Assembly (NCBI GenBank): GCA_902614065.1
Contig: CACMJT010000005.1
Location: forward strand, 37,528-101,527
Direction of reading: 5' to 3'
Source: an uncultured Bacteroidota bacterium
GTDB lineage: Bacteria; Bacteroidota; Bacteroidia; Flavobacteriales; Flavobacteriaceae
DNA: 64,000 nucleotides
Positions 56,451 to 64,000 of the stretch are shown one piece after another. Position 1 is the stretch's first letter. Every line of letters starts with the position of its first letter. The notes beneath the pieces are model-generated. The model did not search any database, had not been told where the DNA came from, and saw only the letters and a list, made by a program, of their open reading frames with translations. The translations under genes were made by a program, and so were the position numbers.

Positions 56451-57416
56451 TTAAATCCCAAGTTTTGATTTAACTCTTTTAATTACTTGATCGGCAACTT
56501 TTTTTGCCTTTTTTGAACCCTCTATCAGTATTTGGTCCATTTCATTTTTATTATCCATCAAGTAATTATATTTTTCTCTTTGCGTATTATAGGTTTGTAT
56601 TATTAGTTTAAATAGTTCTTCCTTGGCTTCTCCATAACCATAGCCACCGTTCTTATACCTTTCTTTCATTTGTTTGACATCTTCCTCTTTTCCAATTAAA
56701 CTGTAAAGCTTAAACACATTACATGTATCTGGATTTTTGGGGGATTCAACCGACAAACTATCTGTCTTTATTGACATTATTTGTTTTTTCAATTTATTGT
56801 TCGGAAGAAAAATATTTATGATATTATTTTTTGATTTACTCATTTTTTGACCATCAGTTCCTATAATTAATTTAGTATCCTCGTTGACTATAGCTTCGGG
56901 AATAATTAAAGTATCACCATGTAAATTATTAAACTTTGATGCTACATTTCTAGTGATTTCTAGGTGTTGCATTTGATCTTTTCCAACAGGAACATAGTTG
57001 GCATCATAAAGTAGAATGTCTGCTGCCATAAGCATTGGGTAAGTAAATAATGCTGCATTAACATTTTTTAAATCCTTTGATTTATCCTTAAAAGAATGTG
57101 CAAGAGTTAATCTCTGATATGGGAAATAGGATGATAGAATCCAGGCAAGTTCAGTAGTTATTGGGATATCTGACTGTTTATAAAAAACTGTTTTTTTGGG
57201 ATTTAATCCAAATGATAGCCATGTAGCTGCGGTCGAATATGTGTTTTGTTTCAACTCAGTTGAATTTTTAATTTGTGTGAGAGAATGGAGATCAGCTATA
57301 AATAAAAATGAATCACTGTGTTTTTTTGACAATTCAATTGCAGGGATAATGGCTCCTAAAATGTTTCCAAGGTGAGGAGTACCTGTACTTTGAACACCTG
57401 TTAAAATTCTTGCCAT
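56451..57416 (-). CDS. trpS: tryptophan--tRNA ligase
   Basis: 'GTPHLGNILGA' HIGH-type motif and 'KMSKS' loop. Confidence 0.93.
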   Translation of the reverse strand: MARILTGVQSTGTPHLGNILGAIIPAIELSKKHSDSFLFIADLHSLTQIKNSTELKQNTYSTAATWLSFGLNPKKTVFYKQSDIPITTELAWILSSYFPYQRLTLAHSFKDKSKDLKNVNAALFTYPMLMAADILLYDANYVPVGKDQMQHLEITRNVASKFNNLHGDTLIIPEAIVNEDTKLIIGTDGQKMSKSKNNIINIFLPNNKLKKQIMSIKTDSLSVESPKNPDTCNVFKLYSLIGKEEDVKQMKERYKNGGYGYGEAKEELFKLIIQTYNTQREKYNYLMDNKNEMDQILIEGSKKAKKVADQVIKRVKSKLGI

Positions 57417-57472
57417 TTATAACAAAAGTAATAGTTTTAAAAACATTAATTACAAATAGTTACATTTGAGAT

Positions 57473-58231
57473 GTGCTAAAAATTATTAAAATAATCTTAT
57501 TAAGTATATGGAATGTTTGGTTTTACATTCTTGCCTTTATCGGAATATTAACCACATTTCCTCTGTTGATATTATTTTCTTCCAGCGAAAGGTTTTACCC
57601 ACAATTTTACTGGGTGGCTAGAAATATTTGGTCAAATATCATTCTTTTTGGTATGGGGTTTTGGCCAGTTGTGGAAAACAAAAAGAAGCTAGAAAAAGGG
57701 AAAAGTTACATGGTGGTTGCAAATCACAAAAGCATGATTGATGTAATGCTAATGGTTTATTGTTGCGAACACCCAATTGTATTTGTTGGAAAAAAAGAGT
57801 TAGATAAAATCCCTGTTTTTGGTTATTTCTACAGCAAAGTATGTATACTAGTAGATCGTGGTAATCCAGAAAGCAGAAAAGATGTATATAGCAAATCGAT
57901 TAAAAGACTTGAGAAAGGTGTGTCCATATGTATTTTTCCTGAAGGTGGGGTTCCTGAACCAGGGGTTGTTCTAAGGGAGTTTAAAAATGGTGCCTTTAAC
58001 TTAGCTATACAATTTCAAATCCCCATTGTTCCTTTATCCTTTTACGATTGCGAAAGACGTTTTCCATATTTTTTTGCATACAACTATTTTGTTGGCGGAC
58101 CTGGCAAACTTAGAGCAAAATTTCACGACTTTATTGAGACAAAAGGCCTTGAACAAAAAAACAGAGATGAGCTTAAGAAAGATGTTTATACTATTTTAAA
58201 AAGAGATTTAGCTAAGAGTTATCAGAGCTGA
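57473..58231 (+). CDS. plsC: 1-acyl-sn-glycerol-3-phosphate acyltransferase
   Basis: 'ANHKSMIDV' (HX4D) and 'IFPEGG' acyltransferase motifs; GTG start. Confidence 0.82.
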   Translation: MLKIIKIILLSIWNVWFYILAFIGILTTFPLLILFSSSERFYPQFYWVARNIWSNIILFGMGFWPVVENKKKLEKGKSYMVVANHKSMIDVMLMVYCCEHPIVFVGKKELDKIPVFGYFYSKVCILVDRGNPESRKDVYSKSIKRLEKGVSICIFPEGGVPEPGVVLREFKNGAFNLAIQFQIPIVPLSFYDCERRFPYFFAYNYFVGGPGKLRAKFHDFIETKGLEQKNRDELKKDVYTILKRDLAKSYQS

Positions 58232-59219
58232 GAATTTCTGATATTTTTTTCTCCAACTCCTCACATAGTTCAGGGTTATCTTTCAATAATGTTTTTACTG
58301 AGTCCCTGCCTTGACCTAATTTAGTGTCTCCATAACTGAACCATGACCCACTTTTATCAATTATTCCAGACTGGGAGCCAATATCAATGATCTCTCCCAT
58401 TTTTGAAATTCCTTCTCCATACATGATATCAAACTCACATACTCTAAAAGGAGGTGCAACTTTATTCTTAACAACTTTTACCCTAGTTTTATTTCCCAGA
58501 GGATTTCCTGAGGAATCCTTAAGTTGTGTAGACCTCCTGATGTCAAGGCGAACAGATGCATAAAACTTCAAAGCATTTCCGCCTGTTGTAGTCTCAGGAT
58601 TACCAAACATTATTCCAATTTTTTCTCTAAGCTGATTTATGAAAAATACTGTACAGTTTGTTTTACTAATTGTTGAAGTTAATTTTCTCAAAGCTTGAGA
58701 CATAAGTCTTGCATGCAATCCCATTTTTGAATCACCCATTTCACCCTCAATCTCACTTTTGGGAGTTAATGCGGCAACAGAATCAATCACAATTATATCA
58801 ACCGCACCTGACCTTATTAGGTTATCTGTAATTTCTAAGGCTTGTTCTCCGTGATCAGGCTGGGATATTATCAAGTCATTTATGTTTACACCTAAATTTT
58901 GAGCATAAAATCTGTCAAACGCATGTTCAGCATCAATAAATGCTGCTATGCCTCCAGCTTTTTGACACTCAGCAATTGCGTGCAAGGTCAAGGTTGTTTT
59001 TCCTGATGATTCGGGTCCGTAAATTTCAATCACCCTACCTTTTGGATACCCTCCAACGCCGAGAGCATAGTCTAATCCTAAGGAACCAGTTGATATGACT
59101 TCAATCTCTGATTCAGAAACATCTCCCATTTTCATAACAGTTCCTTTACCGTATGTTTTATCTAATCTATCTAGAGTTAATTGTAATGCTTTTAATTTAG
59201 AGTCTTTATCTGAAGCCAT
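58212..59219 (-). CDS. recA: recombinase RecA
   Basis: Walker A 'GPESSGKTT', 'IVIDSVAAL', L2 loop region; full length 335 aa. Confidence 0.96.
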   Translation of the reverse strand: MASDKDSKLKALQLTLDRLDKTYGKGTVMKMGDVSESEIEVISTGSLGLDYALGVGGYPKGRVIEIYGPESSGKTTLTLHAIAECQKAGGIAAFIDAEHAFDRFYAQNLGVNINDLIISQPDHGEQALEITDNLIRSGAVDIIVIDSVAALTPKSEIEGEMGDSKMGLHARLMSQALRKLTSTISKTNCTVFFINQLREKIGIMFGNPETTTGGNALKFYASVRLDIRRSTQLKDSSGNPLGNKTRVKVVKNKVAPPFRVCEFDIMYGEGISKMGEIIDIGSQSGIIDKSGSWFSYGDTKLGQGRDSVKTLLKDNPELCEELEKKISEILSSDNS

Positions 59220-59280
59220 AAGAGGTATATTAGTTATTAAAAGTACAATTTTATTTGTTAAAAAACATCATTTAAAAACT

Positions 59281-59288
59281 TACATTTG
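59281..59288 (+). promoter_or_regulatory. candidate sigma-A -7 box (TAnnTTTG) upstream of trhO
   Basis: Exact TACATTTG in the recA/trhO divergent spacer. Confidence 0.35.
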
Positions 59289-59308
59289 TATATAATTTGT
59301 TAGATAAA

Positions 59309-60328
59309 ATGCAACTGTATAACAAGCTTAGTAATGAGGAAAGGGCAACGCTTATAAAAAAGGCCAATGAAAAAAGACTGACTTTGTCTTTTTATAAATA
59401 CCACAGGATAAAAAATGTTGAAGTTTTCCGAAATTACCTTTTCACAAACTTTAACAATCTTAGTATTTTAGGCAGAATTTACGTTTCCAGTGAAGGTATT
59501 AATTCCCAACTTTCAATTCCTAGTAAAAAGATGGGGGAACTTAAAAGTTTTTTAGATTCTATTTATTTTTTAAAAGATATTCGTTTGAACGTAGGTATAG
59601 AGCACCATAATGAATCATTTTTAAAGCTAAAAATTAAAATAAAAGATAAAATTGTAGCTGACGGATTAAAGGCTAAAGATTATGATATGAATAATTCTGG
59701 AACTCATGTCAATGCTAAAGATTTTAATAAACTATTAGAAAAACCAGAAACAATCACAATTGATATGAGAAACCACTATGAAAGTGAGGTTGGTCATTTT
59801 AAAGGAGCTGTTTGCCCTGATGTTGATACCTTTAGAGACTCTCTTCCATTGATATATAAGAAGTTTAAACATGCAAAAGAAAATAATATACTGATGTATT
59901 GTACTGGTGGAATAAGGTGTGAAAAAGCAAGTTCCTATTTGAAAAAAAATGGCTTTAAAAATGTTTTTCAATTAAGTGGTGGTATTATTGAATATGCAAG
60001 ACAGATTAAAGAGGTTGGTATTGAAAATAAATTTGTAGGTAAAAATTTTGTTTTTGATAACAGACTTGGCGAAAGAATCAGTAATGAAATTATTGCCAAA
60101 TGTCATGTGTGCGGAGAAGAATGTGATAGACATGTCAACTGCAATAATGAAGCTTGCCATGTATTATTTATTCAGTGTGAAAAATGTTATAAGGAGCTAG
60201 ATGGTTGCTGTAGCAATTCTTGTAAAGATATTTACGCACTTCCAGTCGATAAACAAAAAAAGATCAGAAAAGGCTACAAAAATAGAACTAGATTTTTTAA
60301 AAAAGGGCGTTTAAGTGAGAGGGTTTAG
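59309..60328 (+). CDS. trhO: rhodanese-domain tRNA uridine(34) hydroxylase (UPF0176/YceA family)
   Basis: 'LSFYKY','GRIYVSSEGINSQLSIP', rhodanese active loop 'CTGGIRCEKA', C-terminal Cys cluster; ATG 59309 preferred over in-frame TTG 59297. Confidence 0.85.
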   Translation: MQLYNKLSNEERATLIKKANEKRLTLSFYKYHRIKNVEVFRNYLFTNFNNLSILGRIYVSSEGINSQLSIPSKKMGELKSFLDSIYFLKDIRLNVGIEHHNESFLKLKIKIKDKIVADGLKAKDYDMNNSGTHVNAKDFNKLLEKPETITIDMRNHYESEVGHFKGAVCPDVDTFRDSLPLIYKKFKHAKENNILMYCTGGIRCEKASSYLKKNGFKNVFQLSGGIIEYARQIKEVGIENKFVGKNFVFDNRLGERISNEIIAKCHVCGEECDRHVNCNNEACHVLFIQCEKCYKELDGCCSNSCKDIYALPVDKQKKIRKGYKNRTRFFKKGRLSERV

Positions 60329-60794
60329 TTTTATTTTAATAACCTTCTTTGTTCTAATTTTAAGCTGTAAGGACGAAGACACTTTGTATTCATCACATAT
60401 TGAAACTAAGGGAGCTTGGTTAAAAAATGAACCTATAAAGGCAAGTTTAGAAATTAATGAAAGTCCAATTGACATTTATTTAATTTTAAAATTGAATGAA
60501 GATTATCCTTTTTCAAATATTTATCTTCTGTCGAACATTAGTAGTCCCGATTTGAAAATCACCGACACGATATCATTCAAATTTGATTACTCAAAAAATA
60601 AAAGCTTATTATCTAGGCAAATGAGAATTAAAACATTTAGAATTCCAATTCATAAAAACATGAATCTCAATGAAAGAACATCAGTTGAAATTTCACATGC
60701 TGTAAGATTTATTGACAGCACAAGGCCTGTTATGAAATTAGAGGGTATCTTAGATGTAGGGATATTAGTTAATAAATCAAATGAAAAAATATAG
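60315..60794 (+). CDS. gldH: gliding motility lipoprotein GldH
   Basis: Lipobox 'LILSC', 'YPFSNIYLL' and 'KLEGILDVGI' motifs shared with Flavobacterium GldH; GTG start overlapping the trhO end. Confidence 0.8.
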   Translation: MRGFSFILITFFVLILSCKDEDTLYSSHIETKGAWLKNEPIKASLEINESPIDIYLILKLNEDYPFSNIYLLSNISSPDLKITDTISFKFDYSKNKSLLSRQMRIKTFRIPIHKNMNLNERTSVEISHAVRFIDSTRPVMKLEGILDVGILVNKSNEKI

Positions 60795-63072
60795 GTTTCA
60801 GGTTTTTATTTTTTGGTTATTATTTACATCAGGAGTAATATCCATTTATGGTGTCTTCTATCTAGCATCTATAGGCTACTTTGGAGAAATGCCTGATTTT
60901 CGTCAACTTGAAAACCCCAAAACAAATTTTGCTTCTGAAATTATTTCATCTGACAATAAAGTTCTTGGGAAGTACTATTTTAATGATAACAGAACTCCTA
61001 TTGAATATGAAGATATTAACCCTGAGACCATTAATGCATTAATAGCAATAGAGGATGAAAGATTTTACAGTCATCCTGGAATTGATTTAAAAGCTACATT
61101 GAGGGCTATAGTGTTTTTAAATCAAAGAGGGGGTGCTAGTACAATTACACAGCAACTTGCAAGACAACTTTTTGTTGGGGTTAGGTCAAGGAATATTTTT
61201 CAAGCTATAACTCAAAAAATCAAAGAATGGGTAATTGCAGTTCGCTTAGAAAAACAATATACAAAAGAAGAAATATTGACAATGTATTTAAACATTTATG
61301 ATTTTGGTTACTATGGAGATGGAATAAAATCAGCCTCAAACATTTATTTTTCGAAAGAGCCAATTGATTTAAAAGTAGAAGAATCGGCAATGCTAATTGG
61401 TATGTTACAAAACTCATCCCTATATGATCCAATTAGGAGGCCCGAAATTACAAAGAATAGAAGAAATTTAGTTCTTATGCAGATGAGCAAAAACAACTAC
61501 ATAACAAAAAAAGAAGAAGACTCGCTTAGAACCCTGCCACTTACTTTAGATTATACGCCTCAATCTCATAGACAAGGTCTTGCTACATATTTTAGATCAT
61601 ACTTAAGGGGTTTTATGAAAGACTGGACATCCAAGAATTTTAAAAATGATAGTACAAAATACAATCTTTATGTGGATGGTTTGAAAATTTATACAACCAT
61701 AAACTCCAAAATGCAGAAATACGCAGAAGAGTCTGTGGAGGAACACATGATAAACCTTCAAAAAGAGTTTTTTATTCAAAACGATACATTGTCAACAGCT
61801 CCATTTTTGGATTTGGAAGAAGAGGAGGAAGAAACTATTATGAAAAGAGCTATGAGAAGATCTGAAAGATGGAGGAAGTCTAAACTTTCAGGGATGACCA
61901 ATGAAGAAATTGAAGAGTCGTTTAATAAGGCTATTGACATGACAGTTTTTTCATGGAATGGTGATGTTGATACAATAATGTCACCAATAGACTCTATTCG
62001 ATATTATAAACATTTTCTTAGGGCAGGCATGATGTCCATGAATCCTAAAAATGGTCATGTCATGGCATGGGTTGGTGGAATTAATTATAGGCATTTTCAG
62101 TATGATCACGTGATGCTTAGTAAAAGACAAATTGGTTCTACTTTTAAACCTTTTCTCTACGCTACTGCAATCGACCAATTAAAACTTTCACCTTGTGATA
62201 TGCTGCCGGACTTAATTCACTGTATTGAGCCTTATAAATATGGAAACCCTGAGCCATGGTGTCCGACAAACTCAAGCGATAAGTATGGGGGAATGCGAAC
62301 TTTGAGTAATGCTTTAGCAAATTCTAAAAACACAATAAGTGCTCAGTTAATTGATAAAGTTGGCCCAAAACCTGTTGCTGATCTTGCTAGAAACTTAGGG
62401 GTCAGTTCTAATATCCCAAATGTACCCGCAATTGCTTTAGGAACACCCGACCTAAGTGTTTATGAAATGGTAGGTGCCTATGGCGCTTTTGCAAATAAAG
62501 GGATTTATGTAGAACCTGTAATGGTTACAAAAATTGAAGATAAAAATGGAACAATAATTTATCAATCCAAACCTAACACAAAAGATGTAATTAGCGAAGA
62601 ATCCTCCTATGTCACATTAAAGCTTTTGGAAGGTGTAACGAAGTTTGGGTCTGGAGCTAGACTACGCCATAACATCGCTGAAGATGAAAGAAACCACGTT
62701 TACAATAATGTTGTTACTGGCTACCCATATGAATTTAAAAATGATATTGCGGGTAAGACTGGGACTACTCAAAATCAGAGTGATGGCTGGTTTATTGGAA
62801 TGGTACCCAATCTTGTAACGGGCGTATGGGTTGGTGGTGAAGATAGATCCATTCACTTTAAGGAAATTGCATACGGTCAGGGCGCAACCATGTCTCTGCC
62901 AATATGGGGGCTTTTTATGAACAAATGTTATGCAGATGAAGAACTAAACGTTTCCAAGGATCCTTTTCCAGAGCCTGAAGTGCTAAACATAGAGTTGGAC
63001 TGCTCTAAAGTGATAACACCAGAAATTGAGAATGAGGAAAATGATGTGAAGGATCTTCTTGGAATTGGTTAA
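60781..63072 (+). CDS. mrcA: class A penicillin-binding protein (PBP1A; glycosyltransferase + transpeptidase)
   Basis: GT51 motifs 'EDERFYSHPGID','GASTITQQL'; transpeptidase 'STFKP','SKN','KTGT'. Confidence 0.92.
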   Translation: MKKYRFQVFIFWLLFTSGVISIYGVFYLASIGYFGEMPDFRQLENPKTNFASEIISSDNKVLGKYYFNDNRTPIEYEDINPETINALIAIEDERFYSHPGIDLKATLRAIVFLNQRGGASTITQQLARQLFVGVRSRNIFQAITQKIKEWVIAVRLEKQYTKEEILTMYLNIYDFGYYGDGIKSASNIYFSKEPIDLKVEESAMLIGMLQNSSLYDPIRRPEITKNRRNLVLMQMSKNNYITKKEEDSLRTLPLTLDYTPQSHRQGLATYFRSYLRGFMKDWTSKNFKNDSTKYNLYVDGLKIYTTINSKMQKYAEESVEEHMINLQKEFFIQNDTLSTAPFLDLEEEEEETIMKRAMRRSERWRKSKLSGMTNEEIEESFNKAIDMTVFSWNGDVDTIMSPIDSIRYYKHFLRAGMMSMNPKNGHVMAWVGGINYRHFQYDHVMLSKRQIGSTFKPFLYATAIDQLKLSPCDMLPDLIHCIEPYKYGNPEPWCPTNSSDKYGGMRTLSNALANSKNTISAQLIDKVGPKPVADLARNLGVSSNIPNVPAIALGTPDLSVYEMVGAYGAFANKGIYVEPVMVTKIEDKNGTIIYQSKPNTKDVISEESSYVTLKLLEGVTKFGSGARLRHNIAEDERNHVYNNVVTGYPYEFKNDIAGKTGTTQNQSDGWFIGMVPNLVTGVWVGGEDRSIHFKEIAYGQGATMSLPIWGLFMNKCYADEELNVSKDPFPEPEVLNIELDCSKVITPEIENEENDVKDLLGIG

Positions 63073-63114
63073 GAATTTTTAGACCTTCATTATATCAAAT
63101 TCAAAAATCTTATT

Positions 63115-63627
63115 ATGAAAAAAATTATTTATTTAATAGCAGGACTTTTTATTTTTTCTGCTTGTCAAACAACACCTTGTGAATGTGAAAAGTCAACAAG
63201 TGGTTTTATTACGGGGTCTGATCAGTCAGTTATGCTTGGGTCTGATGAATCAATTGAAATATTTAAAACAATTGATGCAGCTTGGCAAAGCAGAGATTAC
63301 GAAACATTAAAGGGGTTAATTGCTGATGAAGCAACATTGCGTTTTGAAGACGGAACATTTGCTACAAATGGTGACGAATTTGTTGAAAAAATTGAAAGCG
63401 ATTACCAAGAGTCAGTTGAAAACGGAGAAGAGTGGGCTTGGGTAATAAATTATGCTTTTTCAACAAAGCCAACCAAGACAGAGGAGGGAGCTCCAAACGA
63501 AAGAGGAGAATGGATAAGTGCTCAATTCACCTCACCAAAAGACGAAGTATGGATTGAATGGTACCAAATTGAAGATGGTAAATTGATTAATTGGATTTCA
63601 GCAAAATCAGATCCAATTAAAGAATAA
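63115..63627 (+). CDS. NTF2/SnoaL-like lipoprotein
   Basis: Lipobox 'FIFSAC'; 'IFKTIDAAWQSRDYETLKGLIADEA' helix and C-terminal 'IEDGKLINW' typical of SnoaL-like folds. Confidence 0.55.
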   Translation: MKKIIYLIAGLFIFSACQTTPCECEKSTSGFITGSDQSVMLGSDESIEIFKTIDAAWQSRDYETLKGLIADEATLRFEDGTFATNGDEFVEKIESDYQESVENGEEWAWVINYAFSTKPTKTEEGAPNERGEWISAQFTSPKDEVWIEWYQIEDGKLINWISAKSDPIKE

Positions 63628-63630
63628 AAA

Positions 63631-64000
63631 TTAAGGATTAAATGGAATTGAGGAGTGGTGAAGGACTATTTTAATTTCACCCTCCTTATTTTTTTTATAA
63701 ACAAAACTAAACTCAACCTTAGTCTTTTCCCCACTAGGATCTGTAAAAAAATAATTCCCCATTGCTGTAGCAATATCATCATATATGTTTATAGAGCAAT
63801 TATCAAATTCTACTTGAATCCAAGGGTTTAGTGCAAAACCTTTGTCTTCAGCAAAATCATTGTCTGATCCTATAAAATATGAAAGCGCTGATTTATTATT
63901 ATTTCTAAATTGTTTTTCAGAGGCTTTTGTAGGCTTAAACTGAACATCCCCAGAGTCAAAATCATAGTGCTTACTTATAAAGTTCACAGTAAAAATTCTA
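63631..64000 (-). CDS. NTF2-like (DUF4440/CaMKII-association-like) protein, probably 5'-truncated by the window edge
   Basis: Frame stays open to base 64000; C-terminal 'FSFVYKKNKEGEIKIVLHHSS' pattern of NTF2-like cones; the GTG at 63987 is only the track start. Confidence 0.45.
   Translation of the reverse strand, partial: RIFTVNFISKHYDFDSGDVQFKPTKASEKQFRNNNKSALSYFIGSDNDFAEDKGFALNPWIQVEFDNCSINIYDDIATAMGNYFFTDPSGEKTKVEFSFVYKKNKEGEIKIVLHHSSIPFNP

Noticed and set aside
1-64000. Alternative genetic code or stop-codon recoding
   Set aside because: All conserved housekeeping genes (recA, sufB, glyS, trpS, sdhAB, PBP1A and others) read through intact under the standard code with no in-frame stops.

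Overview
Visibly AT-rich (about one third G+C by eye, not computed), very gene-dense 64-kb chromosomal segment of a Bacteroidota/Flavobacteriia-type genome. Lineage markers are GldH, a DUF4270 lipoprotein, type-B sdhCAB with a single cytochrome b, tandem TonB_C proteins, many lipoprotein signal peptides and TAnnTTTG promoter boxes. Most of the window is housekeeping: rpoN (partial), panCD, radA, xth, glyS, sdhCAB, pepP, thiL, an eight-gene suf block (sufA-B-C-D-S-E, DUF59, DUF2480), hflX, lpxH, a PafA-like phosphatase, mscS, trpS, plsC, recA, trhO, gldH and a class A PBP. Three stretches look accessory. (i) 35.1-38.9 kb holds small secreted NTF2-like lipoproteins. (ii) 38.4-46.7 kb is a tightly packed plus-strand block (NTF2-like lipoprotein, DUF4920, beta-helix enzyme, GHL6-type hydrolase, two Cys-type sulfatases) with no SusC/SusD or regulator in view. 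(iii) 46.7-53.9 kb is a run of mostly uncharacterised secreted proteins around an operon-embedded tRNA-Ala(GGC), with an orphan PD-(D/E)XK nuclease, a six-fold YKSQAD repeat protein and a 9-Cys miniprotein. I found no rRNA, CRISPR array, IS element, intact integrase, prophage or recognisable defence system. The most unusual single feature is a ~385-nt insert between sdhC and sdhA. It carries a stop-free, in-frame ~100-codon segment resembling the Arm DNA-binding N-terminus of a tyrosine recombinase, preceded by two 11-nt direct repeats. All functional calls rest on motif recognition in the supplied translations, and no database search was possible. The ORF track allows TTG/GTG starts, so I trimmed several 5' ends.
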